A stretch of 64,000 nt of DNA from a virus (Duplodnaviria > Caudoviricetes): positions 34,608-98,607 of IMG/VR virus record IMGVR_UViG_3300028888_000085. One strand, 5' to 3'. The notes beneath the pieces are model-generated. The model ran no database searches and was not told the DNA's origin. It saw only the letters and a program-made list of their open reading frames with translations. This document shows, piece after piece, positions 9,317 to 19,286 of this stretch. Every line of letters begins with the position of its first letter. The first letter of the stretch is position 1. The position numbers and the translations under genes are program-made.

Positions 9317-12277
9317 ATGAAACCTACAACGACGAGAGAGGCGGCTTACGTCCAGACATATATCAAGGACAATTCGCTTATTAAGAACGCACCTGATTTC
9401 GCCGGACTGTTCGCATGTGTCACGCCGTGGGGACCGAAGCCCAAGGCAGACTCGGATGAAATTGTTTACGAACCTGTGTTTATTCAAGATACAGATACGC
9501 TTGACCGTGTGTTTGGCGACCCACGTATTGACCCTGAAAAGTATCGTGACCTCTATGCAGTTCGTGAAATTGTACGTACCGGGTTCTCTGTTTACATCAG
9601 CAAAGTACCATCTGGTGACCCTGCTGAGTTTCTTTGTCTGTTGAATGATGCGTCAAAGAAAGACACTTCCACAGAGATAATGCGTACAGACGAAGACGGT
9701 GTGCTTCTTATTGACGGTCATACGAAACTTTCAGATATAACGAATGGAAATGGTATTCCTGTGCTTGGTTTTGAGACTGCTTTCGGTACGATTGATGAGG
9801 TCGCCAAGAAAGAACTTGATTCAACCAATACCATTTCGATGCGTCGAATGGGTGCTTTTGGTAACAACATTGCTGTAAAGGTTTCCCGTGAATCCACTAT
9901 GCAGGATGGCGTCGAAACAGGAAGCATCTATACCGTACATGTCGGTGAAAAGGTTTCTGATGGTTACAAAGAGGTTGAAAATCTTGCTTCAAGTGGTGAT
10001 ACAGTTGCGAACGCTTTCGATTCAAATACGGTAGTGTCTGGTTCTTTTGACAAGAGTGATGAAGAGCTTTTGACTGCTATGTCTGACTGGACTGCCCTTG
10101 AGGGTGGTGTCGGTAACTATCATGGTATCTGGAAAATCGGAGACTTGGCGAAACTTCGCAATCTCTATGGAATTGATGACAGTTCACCTGCGTATGAGAT
10201 TATTACGTACTGGTTCAATTCGGCTGGATGTGGTGAGTTTATTTTCGTACCGTTCCCGGCGTCCGAACCTGATATCGACATTGCAGATGCTTTCGGGAAA
10301 CTCTCCGCTATGGGAGCTTCAAAGAAATCCATTATTGCCATCGACACAACCGATACTGACTGGTATTCGCAGACAGAGGTTAAGAATGCCATTGAAGACA
10401 ATGATTATGTCGTGATTCTGTCGAGAGTCGCTACTGGGTCAGATACTCCGGGTGCTCTTGCACCTGTCGATATGTTTGCAACATACCCGTCAAGCGTTAA
10501 GATGGCTTCAACAAATACGAAGTTCGGGATGAACATTGCACTGGCTTGCGCAGTCAACCAAAAACGTAATCCTGTTGATGTTTCTGTAAAAACAGATGAC
10601 ATGCTTGGTCGTTTTCTCCCTGGTATCGTGCCATGCACGCTTTCAGGTGTTGAAGTACTGTACGATGCTACGAAATATGAAGATGCGAAGACAAACAATC
10701 TGATTACGTTTGCACCGACTGGTTCTGGTGAAACACGTCTTTATGTTGCTAACAGCCCTGTGTCGTGTACATACATGGTTGAGGGAATTGATTACAAGGT
10801 CGAGACCGTTATGGTTGACGGCGAAATCAAGACAAAAGTCACATTCCAGAAGCAGAAGAATTCTGAAGGTGATGAAATCCCTTACACAGATGGTCTTGAG
10901 GTTTCTGTTGAACATACGGCTGCGACAAAACCTTATGCTGATGTTGTTTCGAGCATCACCGATGAACTCTATTTGATGACAGCATTGATACAGCTCAAAC
11001 CGAAATCTTTGGGTCTGTATGCAATGGATGTACGTCTGTATTCTCATTACGATGCAGCGAATCCTGACCAGAACGTGATTGTTTCCACACGTGTTTCCCT
11101 GGCTGAGGGGTTATCCAATGGTGCTTTCATGGAGTCTTTGAACTCTGTGTTGGGCAGCTATCTGTCGTTTAATCTTATGGAACCCTATGAGGCAGAAGGT
11201 ACGGATGTTGTGGAGACTTTACGTGCTGTCGTTAAAAGCGGCCATACTTGTGGAGACCCAATCATTCTGTCACAGGGGAAAATGTCGTTCAGTGTCGGTG
11301 ATTATCAGCGTGCTTTTGAAGAGTTCAAGAATCCTGCATATAACGGATGCTTTATTTCCGAGCTGTCGGCGATGGTTACCGATGCTGATGGAAACATTGT
11401 CCATCTCCCTGAAACAACGGATGAGTCTCCAAGACGTGTGTTACATTACTACCTCAAACAGATTGCTGCTGACCGTAAGGATTTGACATGCGTCTTTACA
11501 ACGCCTTATGGTCTGTCGTTGGATGATGCGTGCAACTGGGTAAACAGCCTTGACCGTTATTCAGACCTGTGGGAATACGGTGTGTCAGAACCTGTGACTT
11601 ATGTCGAGCAGAGTTTTTACTGTGAGATGTACTGGGATTGGGTTCGTGTGACCTGTCAGAAACTGAATAACGGTGTCATTTCAAAGACTGTACGTGTTGA
11701 CATGTCGCCATGTTATCTCGTTATCATGCGTGGTCTTGCTTCATATCGTACACGAGGTACCTTCTATCCGGTTGCCGGTGAGCAGGGCGGTAAACTTCCA
11801 GATGGTGTTGCCGTTATTCGTAACCCATCGACAAAGACAGAACGAAACAAACTTATCAATCATCGAATCAATCCGATTTTCGATTTGGGCGTACTTGGTG
11901 TTCAAATTTACGGCAATGAAACCTTGAATTACAAGTACACAGATTTGAGTGCCGCCCACATCGCACGAACTCTTGTGTATATTCACCAACAGGTTGACCG
12001 TTACACGAACACACTTACTTTCTCGCTCAATGATCGCTCGCTCTGGCAGAAATGGAAACAGTATGTTTCGTCCAACATTCTTGACCCGATTTATGCTCTT
12101 GGCGGTCTTGCACAGTATTCTGTTGCAATGGGTTTTGACACGACATCGCCTGAACTTATCGCACAGCGTAAGATTAACGGTGTGATTCATTTACAGTTCG
12201 TTCCTGATGCTGAAATCTTTACTGTTGATTTCATCGTGGATTCGTCAGCAAATACAGTTGAATCTGGAGCAATCTAA
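9317..12277 (+). CDS. Tail sheath protein with large insertions
   Basis: C-terminal ERNKLINHRINPI...IYGNETL...IARTL...FSLND...KINGVIHLQFVPDAEIFTVDF is a typical sheath C-domain. SD AAGGAG. Confidence 0.85.
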   Translation: MKPTTTREAAYVQTYIKDNSLIKNAPDFAGLFACVTPWGPKPKADSDEIVYEPVFIQDTDTLDRVFGDPRIDPEKYRDLYAVREIVRTGFSVYISKVPSGDPAEFLCLLNDASKKDTSTEIMRTDEDGVLLIDGHTKLSDITNGNGIPVLGFETAFGTIDEVAKKELDSTNTISMRRMGAFGNNIAVKVSRESTMQDGVETGSIYTVHVGEKVSDGYKEVENLASSGDTVANAFDSNTVVSGSFDKSDEELLTAMSDWTALEGGVGNYHGIWKIGDLAKLRNLYGIDDSSPAYEIITYWFNSAGCGEFIFVPFPASEPDIDIADAFGKLSAMGASKKSIIAIDTTDTDWYSQTEVKNAIEDNDYVVILSRVATGSDTPGALAPVDMFATYPSSVKMASTNTKFGMNIALACAVNQKRNPVDVSVKTDDMLGRFLPGIVPCTLSGVEVLYDATKYEDAKTNNLITFAPTGSGETRLYVANSPVSCTYMVEGIDYKVETVMVDGEIKTKVTFQKQKNSEGDEIPYTDGLEVSVEHTAATKPYADVVSSITDELYLMTALIQLKPKSLGLYAMDVRLYSHYDAANPDQNVIVSTRVSLAEGLSNGAFMESLNSVLGSYLSFNLMEPYEAEGTDVVETLRAVVKSGHTCGDPIILSQGKMSFSVGDYQRAFEEFKNPAYNGCFISELSAMVTDADGNIVHLPETTDESPRRVLHYYLKQIAADRKDLTCVFTTPYGLSLDDACNWVNSLDRYSDLWEYGVSEPVTYVEQSFYCEMYWDWVRVTCQKLNNGVISKTVRVDMSPCYLVIMRGLASYRTRGTFYPVAGEQGGKLPDGVAVIRNPSTKTERNKLINHRINPIFDLGVLGVQIYGNETLNYKYTDLSAAHIARTLVYIHQQVDRYTNTLTFSLNDRSLWQKWKQYVSSNILDPIYALGGLAQYSVAMGFDTTSPELIAQRKINGVIHLQFVPDAEIFTVDFIVDSSANTVESGAI

Positions 12278-12411
12278 ATCCTTAGACACATCCTGTACGG
12301 CTATCGAAACAGACAGTAAATTCTATAATCTGTTTACTCGCCGTACAGGACGTTTACAGGGATTGTGAATTTGAAATTCTGCATAATTCATACGATATAG
12401 GAGATAAACCC

Positions 12412-13557
12412 ATGCTTATTAAACGAGAGCATAAAAATAGTGTACAGCGTAATGTGCAGCGTATGTCGGTACGGCGTGATGAGAAGAATGAGATTTCTGA
12501 CTCTCTGATTGAAGCAGAAGACCGAAAAGAGTTCGACATCCTGTGCAAAACAATGGGTGCAACAGATGAAGACCTTGCTGTCGAAGCAAGAACAAAGGAC
12601 ATCATTATCGGTCGTATCAGCAGTTCTCTTGAAATGAAGCGTTCGTTGATGTTTGATGTTATGAACACAACTGTTGATAAGGACAAGAAAGAAAAAGTCT
12701 TAACGTATCACATTAAAGTGTCGAAAGGCGACCTTGCTGATAGCTGCCTTAAATCCCTTGAGAAAGGTTGTTTAATTTGCATTGAGGGTGCTCTTACTGG
12801 AGACACAATGAAAGCGTCACGTATTTGCTTCCTCGGCAAACGAAAATCTGAATCGCTTCGCCTTATCAGCATGAAAATGAAGTCTGAGAAAGTGCATAAG
12901 GTTTCTTCTATCTGCAAAGCATCGGCAAATGAAGATGACCATCCGATTTACAAGGTGTCGTGTATTACTCGTGAGCATTCAGCGACACGTAAGAAGTACA
13001 GCGGTGAGTTTGACTCGCTTCAGGATGCCATGAAAGTTTGCGCACAGGCTTACAATGCAGGAGTTGATGTCTGTGTCGAATGCGGTGACCAACCTTTCGC
13101 AAAGATTTACACCAAAACGAAAGAGTTTGAAGACTTTACGGATGATTCAAGTGCCACGAGTGCTTTTCGTGAAGCTATGATGTGGTCGAAGTCGCCTGAA
13201 AGACGAAAGAAAGATGAAGAAGAAATCAGCACCCAGGTTCCTGATGTGAACTCTCTTGCGGAAATGATTCCTGACAATTCGGTTATTCCTGATGGTGATG
13301 AGATTCATTTCTCTGAATCTGATGGTAAAAGCGAATGTGATACGGACAAAGATGCCAAGAAAGAAACTGCATCGGATGTCAACCCTGACATCCTGTCGCA
13401 GGAATCGAATAACGAAGACCCGAACGACATTCGCATTTATGCTAAGAATCATCAGATGACTGTTATGACTGAAGCTCATGTAAACGGTGTCAAACTTACA
13501 CGCATGTGCCCTGGTGTTTCAGGTAAGTTTAACGGACGCAACCGTCTGAAACAGTAA
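12412..13557 (+). CDS. Hypothetical protein with internal SSB-like OB-fold
   Basis: IIIGRI...LADSCLKSLEKGCLICIEGAL...KASRICFL. Confidence 0.5.
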   Translation: MLIKREHKNSVQRNVQRMSVRRDEKNEISDSLIEAEDRKEFDILCKTMGATDEDLAVEARTKDIIIGRISSSLEMKRSLMFDVMNTTVDKDKKEKVLTYHIKVSKGDLADSCLKSLEKGCLICIEGALTGDTMKASRICFLGKRKSESLRLISMKMKSEKVHKVSSICKASANEDDHPIYKVSCITREHSATRKKYSGEFDSLQDAMKVCAQAYNAGVDVCVECGDQPFAKIYTKTKEFEDFTDDSSATSAFREAMMWSKSPERRKKDEEEISTQVPDVNSLAEMIPDNSVIPDGDEIHFSESDGKSECDTDKDAKKETASDVNPDILSQESNNEDPNDIRIYAKNHQMTVMTEAHVNGVKLTRMCPGVSGKFNGRNRLKQ

Positions 13558-13574
13558 TTAGTAGGAGGCTTATC

Positions 13575-14171
13575 ATGGCTGACAATGTAAAATTATCGCA
13601 GTATTACGGTGCGTCTCATTTCTCAAACAGTGTCAACTGGGAACCTCAACGTGACGCACACTGGGAACTTAAAATCGACCTTCCGACAACACAGTTCCCT
13701 GATAAAATTAACAGTGCCCGTCGTTCTTTCACGAATGTCGATGAGGAAGTTATCCGACTTGCTGTTCAGTCCGTAGGTCTTCCTCAGCTTGGTGTTACAC
13801 CCTCACCTGTACGTCGTGGTAATGACCAGGTGTTCTTTGCCACGAACCCGCAGATGGGAGGTAACTTCAACATCACGTGTATTGATGCCATTGGTTACGA
13901 TGTTCAGAATCTTCTTCTTGACTGGTTCCGTTTGATTTACAACTTTGACGGAAACCGACTGATGGGTCTTGCAGTGAATTACAAAACAACGGCTACGTTG
14001 TTTGTGTTTGCACCAGATGCTTCTGTTATCCGTGCATGGGAAGTTTACGGTCTGTTCCCAACCTCGTTGCAGATTCCACAGATGGGTACGCAGGGCGGTT
14101 TCACGACAATCAATGCAAGTTTTTCATGTGACCGTCTTGAACGTGTGTCCATTGCCACGTCTAACTCGTAA
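13575..14171 (+). CDS. Tail tube protein (T4 gp19-like)
   Basis: VQSVGLP...LLLDWFRLIYN...YKTTATL...WEVYGLFPTSL; lies downstream of the sheath gene. Confidence 0.8.
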   Translation: MADNVKLSQYYGASHFSNSVNWEPQRDAHWELKIDLPTTQFPDKINSARRSFTNVDEEVIRLAVQSVGLPQLGVTPSPVRRGNDQVFFATNPQMGGNFNITCIDAIGYDVQNLLLDWFRLIYNFDGNRLMGLAVNYKTTATLFVFAPDASVIRAWEVYGLFPTSLQIPQMGTQGGFTTINASFSCDRLERVSIATSNS

Positions 14172-14190
14172 TGTGATGGAGGACAGGTTT

Positions 14191-15132
14191 ATGGCTACTC
14201 TCTATAAGGAAACAAACCTGCTTCACTCTGATGAAGCACTTACGGATGTTTATGGTCGTGAAATCAAGCGTTCATTTTCATTGCCAAAGTACGAAAGTTT
14301 TGACCATGGTGACCGTGATGCTGATGCAGAAATTATGCAGGAATCACTGACCGTAAACAAGCCGACTGAAATCTTTGAGGATGAAGAATCACGTGAGGCT
14401 CTCGAAAACGTCATTGACGGTATTCTTACTCAGAATGGGTGTGGTAATGATGCGACACTCGATATTGTTCATCATACAGACGGTTCTGAAACATGGAATC
14501 TCAAAGCGTATGCAGATACTCTCACGTCTTCGTCTGATGGGACTGAGGATGACAGACCTGCAATGGTGATTTCGGTTGATGTGGATAACGGCGGAATCAT
14601 TACGCACATCGAAGGTCAAGACGGTATTTCTGCTGTTATTAACAGTCGTATCGATTCTCAGAGCTTCTTGGATTTCGTGCGTTCACAGGTTTCAGAATAT
14701 ATGGAACTCGTTGGTCACATTGAAAGTGAGGTTCAGGGTGATGCTGTCGATTTGGGTGTTGGCGTTACAGCACTGACAACTAATCTGCGTGAGACTTCTC
14801 AAAATATAGCACGTGCGATTGATTCTTCTGTGCAGAGCGTATGTGCTGATTACATTATTGATTTGACAAGGGTGTATAGCTCATCCCTGTCAGAGACTTC
14901 GCTTGTTTCTTATACTGGAAATTACGCTGATAAAGACCGAATGCCGCATAAATTGACTGTGGACGTTGTACCTTACAACAATGCTCTGGCGATGGTTATT
15001 ACCTCTGATGGTACTGCCGTTAAAACAGCTGAAGACATTAAGGACGCTTCTGCATTTGTTGACTGGGTCCGTGACTCTGCTTCGTATCGAATGAACGAAG
15101 GACGTAAACTTGTGTTGCGTTCTGTTCGATAA
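14191..15132 (+). CDS. Hypothetical structural-module protein
   Basis: SD GGAGG; lies between tube and tape-measure genes. Confidence 0.6.
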   Translation: MATLYKETNLLHSDEALTDVYGREIKRSFSLPKYESFDHGDRDADAEIMQESLTVNKPTEIFEDEESREALENVIDGILTQNGCGNDATLDIVHHTDGSETWNLKAYADTLTSSSDGTEDDRPAMVISVDVDNGGIITHIEGQDGISAVINSRIDSQSFLDFVRSQVSEYMELVGHIESEVQGDAVDLGVGVTALTTNLRETSQNIARAIDSSVQSVCADYIIDLTRVYSSSLSETSLVSYTGNYADKDRMPHKLTVDVVPYNNALAMVITSDGTAVKTAEDIKDASAFVDWVRDSASYRMNEGRKLVLRSVR

Positions 15133-15222
15133 TGCTTGATGCGTTTCAGAGTACGGTTCGGTTTCGTCAAGGGGATTTTCCAGTCAGGTTAATCCCCTTT
15201 TCTTTTTCGTTCATGTACCCAC

Positions 15223-15325
15223 CAAATTTGCCCTGTACTAAAAAGTTACGACCTTACCCTAGTGAGTACACGTCTAAAACAAAAAATCGAGTACAGAGCA
15301 AATTAGACCCCTTTACGGACGTGTT
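15223..15325 (+). repeat. Dispersed ~100-bp intergenic element, copy 2
   Basis: Similar to 3000-3101; follows hairpin AAGGGGATT...AATCCCCTT. Confidence 0.85.
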
Positions 15326-15361
15326 CAATTTTTACATTGAGTTCTTTGGAGATTTTATACC

Positions 15362-18300
15362 ATGCCGACAGTGACTTCTTCGACAGTGAATGCAGTGACA
15401 CAGACAAATGCCGTGATGGTAACAGACAACGATGTCCGTCAGGGCATTGATGCTTTAAACACACGTCTGCAGGAGATGCAGAAGAAGTCTGACGAGAACA
15501 TGGCCAAACTCTGGGGAAAGACCGCAGAGGCTTTGAATGGTGTTCTTCGCTCGATTAAAGAGACACAGAAAACGAATGACGCACTTGCGTCTGCGATGGG
15601 AGAACTTTCCAAACAGATAAGCAACAAGAACTCACAGCAATCTCAGCCTAGCACACAGACACCAAATCCCCAAACGGTACAACCTACAAGACCATTACCA
15701 TCTCAGAATGGTAACGATGCGTTACCTGCAATGGCGAACTCAGGCAGGGGAAATGGAAGTAACGGCAGTAAGTATGACCAGAGTCGAACCCCTGTTGGAA
15801 CACAGGCAGAGAATTTCAAACAGGCATTGGACAATTCATTACGTATGCAGCGTAATGACCGTTCTGACCAAAATACTTCCGGTCTTGGAGCAAGAGCAGA
15901 TAATAAAACAGGTCAGACATCACAGGAACAGGATGCTCTTGCCTTACAGCAGACTGCTGCCAGGAATGCAGTTATTGTCGAGGTTTTAAAGAAAATACAA
16001 GGTATTTTAACCAACAGTCTGTCCAAGTTTGAGCAGTTCAATGATGAGATGCGGCGTAATTACCACATGTCACGGGATACTTCTATTGCCATTATGGACA
16101 GTACGGTTGAAGCCCGTAATTCCGTTCGTGACAGTCTTGGTGTCCATATTTCGATGGAGGAATCTGTCAAGGCAATTAAAGAACAGGTGTTGAACAATGG
16201 CGTCAATGCTGAACATTTGAATTCAACGACTAGGGATATGGTCATCGGTTTGAACAAGTTCGGTATGAAAGTTGACCAAAACACCTTGATGACTCTTGAT
16301 GCCATGGACATGGACAATGAGTCACAGAAACAGATAATGGACCAGTTTATGAAGATGTCCTCAGGCGATAACACGTATCGTGCTGATGTTTCAAAGATGA
16401 ATGAGGACTTCAAGTATCTGGTTGCCCTGTCACGTCAACAGGGGATGAATAATGCAGAAACCTCAAAGCTAATGAAAGAGTATGGGGAAGCAGTTCAGCA
16501 GAACATGGCTTTGGGTATTTCTCAGCAGGAAGCACAAAAGGCAGCCATGGATGACATCCGAAAAGATATTCAGGGTATCGATATGCGTGGCAAAGACCAA
16601 CTGTTTAAAGACCTGTACAACATAGGTTCTCATGCAGGTGCGTCTGTCAATGAAAATATGTCCATGGCTGAAATGGTGCGTGCAATACGTAACGACATTG
16701 CAAATGGGAATACAGACGTTAAACGTGCGTTTGATGAACGTATTCAGCATGACATGCAGCAAGCAGGAATCACGGGTGACCAGAAAGCAATGGATAACGT
16801 GATGAAGCTGGACCGCATCATCAATGGAAAAGAAGGCACCATGGTTACCGACACGGAACAAGCCAAAGAAGGTTTTGAGACTCCGATGTTGGAACGGTGG
16901 AAAGATAATGTTGAGACATGGATAGGGTCGAAGTTTACAGGAGCTGTCGGCTCTATGTGGGGATTTAATGGTAAGGGTTCGACATCAGAAATAATCACCA
17001 AAGGTTTCAATGCAGTCATTGCCATACTGAACGCACAGACTATCGGTAACTTTTTAAGTAACACAAAGATTGGCAACCTTATGAAAGGAAGCGCCGGAAA
17101 GTTCGGTAATCTTTTAAAGGGCGGCGTGACCAAACTCGGCAGCGGTCTGTTAAAAGTGGCTGGACCTCTCGCTATTATCGTTGGTTTGGTAACAACGATT
17201 GTGGAGTTGGTCAAAGGAATAAAAGAGTCGAACGAGACAGAAGCAGACAGAAAGGCAAAACAGGAAGAGCTTGACCGTGTTACAAAGGAACTTAAAGATA
17301 ATCGTCAACGAGCTTCGATGGCTCAAGTCGAGGGAGACGCTTCGTCACAAAAAGTCTATGGAAACCGTGCCGCCTCTCTTGCTACACAACAGCAACAGAT
17401 TGCAGGTGAATTGATTGAAGCACGCTATCAGGAAAATGTCGCTAAGTACGGCACTGTCGGAACAGCCGTTGGTGCAGTTGGTGGTGGTGTTGCAGCAGGA
17501 ATTGCATCTGGCGGAAACCCTGTTGCCATCGGTGCAGGAATAACAGGCGGTGCACTCGCAGGTAAAGCCGGTGGTGGTGCTCTGGCAGGAGCGTTGTCTG
17601 ACAAGAATACAGCTTCAACACGTGCTGATGTTATTGCGGCAGCCAATGCAGGTCAGGTGTATTACAATTCAAACGGAAACATTATTGACAAGGACACAGT
17701 AACACATGTCGGAGAGGGCGGAAATGTAGAGGTCATTTTACCTGCGAACAATCCTGAACGTGTTAAATACCTTGCAGGTGAGATGTCAAAACGTGCAGAT
17801 GTGTCCGAAGAGGTTCGTGATTCATTCAATTCGATGGCAGATAGTTTGTCTTCAAATGAAAGAAAAGTTTCGACCGACGAAACTAACGGAGAGCTTTCTG
17901 ATGGGGCAAAGTCTGTGATTGAACGTCTGCTTAGGTTCGCTTCATCGAATGCGGGTAAGAAATATGAATTACATGGAAAAAAAGACCCTCGTGACGGTCA
18001 CGTGTGGGACGGATTTGTCTGTAATCAGTTAGTGTCCAATGCTTTTAAATCCATTGGCCGGAATGATTTGTTCAGTCGGTTTTCTTATGGCGTCTCGTCC
18101 ATTGTGTTTGGTTACGATGTCAAAGAAAAGCGTGACAAAAAAGGAAATGTAACGCGTCCTGCAGGACATGTGAAAGGATTGCTTGAGGATGATGACTGGG
18201 TGAGCGTCGGGTATGACGACATCAAACCAGGTATGATTGTCTTTACCGGCGTCAAGGAGAAACCCGGTCATGTCGGAATTGCATCCGGTGATGGGAAATA

Positions 18301-19129
18301 CTGGAATGCCTCCGGCAGTGCGGGGGATTACAGCACACCTGAAGTGTTTCTTTCCACAAGAACCAAAAACACCGGCGTTGTGAACAACCAAATTCCAAGA
18401 AAGAACTTTAAGTATGCAGGATACTTTAAATCGCTCTATGGAAACTATGCAAAAGCGTTGGACTTTGTTCCGAGCGGCGTTGCCAGTGAGACAGATTCCA
18501 TCGGTGACGAAATCGTCACTTCACAGCTTCCGCCTGTTAAGTCTTCTCCTGTAGTGTCCTCTGGTGGAAGTAACGAAAGTGGGTTAAATTCGTTGGGTTT
18601 GTTCGACATGATATCCTCGTTCGATATGTTGGAAAACAAATACAGGCATCAAAGTCGAAATGGTGTCTTAAAGGATGCTCTTGTCCGTGGTATTTTAAAC
18701 AGCAAAGCGGGTTCATTGTTTACGAATCCAATGATGAGAAAATTGCTTGGTAAAAACTTTGTCGATGTTACGCAGGATGGTGAAATTGCAACTTTGAATC
18801 CGTTACGAACATTCCGTGTAAGAGACGGAATGCCTACAGCATTCGGTTCTCTTGAAGAGGGATTTGAGGATTACATCAAATCCATAGAACATAATTACGC
18901 ATCGTTAAAGGAATTGACTGCACGGCAGCAGTTGAATTATCTGATGGAACAATCCATTATTAACAAGAATGAGGCTGAGTCTATTGCCGTTACTGAATCC
19001 ATGCAGGAACTTGCACGGGAAGTAAAGGAATTGACCAAGGAAGTTAAAGAACAAAACCGAACAAGCCGTACAAATGAATTACGAAATGCAGCTCTGCCTT
19101 TACGACCGGCGGTCGGTTTTGGAGTTTAG
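15362..19129 (+). CDS. Tape-measure-like protein with NlpC/P60 peptidoglycan hydrolase domain
   Basis: Long helical Q/A-rich protein with G/A-rich hydrophobic stretches; FVCNQLV...KPGMIVF...GHVGI (Cys/His motif). Confidence 0.7.
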   Translation: MPTVTSSTVNAVTQTNAVMVTDNDVRQGIDALNTRLQEMQKKSDENMAKLWGKTAEALNGVLRSIKETQKTNDALASAMGELSKQISNKNSQQSQPSTQTPNPQTVQPTRPLPSQNGNDALPAMANSGRGNGSNGSKYDQSRTPVGTQAENFKQALDNSLRMQRNDRSDQNTSGLGARADNKTGQTSQEQDALALQQTAARNAVIVEVLKKIQGILTNSLSKFEQFNDEMRRNYHMSRDTSIAIMDSTVEARNSVRDSLGVHISMEESVKAIKEQVLNNGVNAEHLNSTTRDMVIGLNKFGMKVDQNTLMTLDAMDMDNESQKQIMDQFMKMSSGDNTYRADVSKMNEDFKYLVALSRQQGMNNAETSKLMKEYGEAVQQNMALGISQQEAQKAAMDDIRKDIQGIDMRGKDQLFKDLYNIGSHAGASVNENMSMAEMVRAIRNDIANGNTDVKRAFDERIQHDMQQAGITGDQKAMDNVMKLDRIINGKEGTMVTDTEQAKEGFETPMLERWKDNVETWIGSKFTGAVGSMWGFNGKGSTSEIITKGFNAVIAILNAQTIGNFLSNTKIGNLMKGSAGKFGNLLKGGVTKLGSGLLKVAGPLAIIVGLVTTIVELVKGIKESNETEADRKAKQEELDRVTKELKDNRQRASMAQVEGDASSQKVYGNRAASLATQQQQIAGELIEARYQENVAKYGTVGTAVGAVGGGVAAGIASGGNPVAIGAGITGGALAGKAGGGALAGALSDKNTASTRADVIAAANAGQVYYNSNGNIIDKDTVTHVGEGGNVEVILPANNPERVKYLAGEMSKRADVSEEVRDSFNSMADSLSSNERKVSTDETNGELSDGAKSVIERLLRFASSNAGKKYELHGKKDPRDGHVWDGFVCNQLVSNAFKSIGRNDLFSRFSYGVSSIVFGYDVKEKRDKKGNVTRPAGHVKGLLEDDDWVSVGYDDIKPGMIVFTGVKEKPGHVGIASGDGKYWNASGSAGDYSTPEVFLSTRTKNTGVVNNQIPRKNFKYAGYFKSLYGNYAKALDFVPSGVASETDSIGDEIVTSQLPPVKSSPVVSSGGSNESGLNSLGLFDMISSFDMLENKYRHQSRNGVLKDALVRGILNSKAGSLFTNPMMRKLLGKNFVDVTQDGEIATLNPLRTFRVRDGMPTAFGSLEEGFEDYIKSIEHNYASLKELTARQQLNYLMEQSIINKNEAESIAVTESMQELAREVKELTKEVKEQNRTSRTNELRNAALPLRPAVGFGV

Positions 19130-19286
19130 TTCTTGGAACATTTCGTAGTCGTCATCAAAAATTTTTGTGGTTTGTACAAGGGTAATTGTCCAGTAGCCTG
19201 TTTTCTAACAAATCTTAACTTTTTTTAACTTTTACACTTGATTTCCTTTGCAATGTGACTATACTCCATACTCAAGGAGGCGGCTT

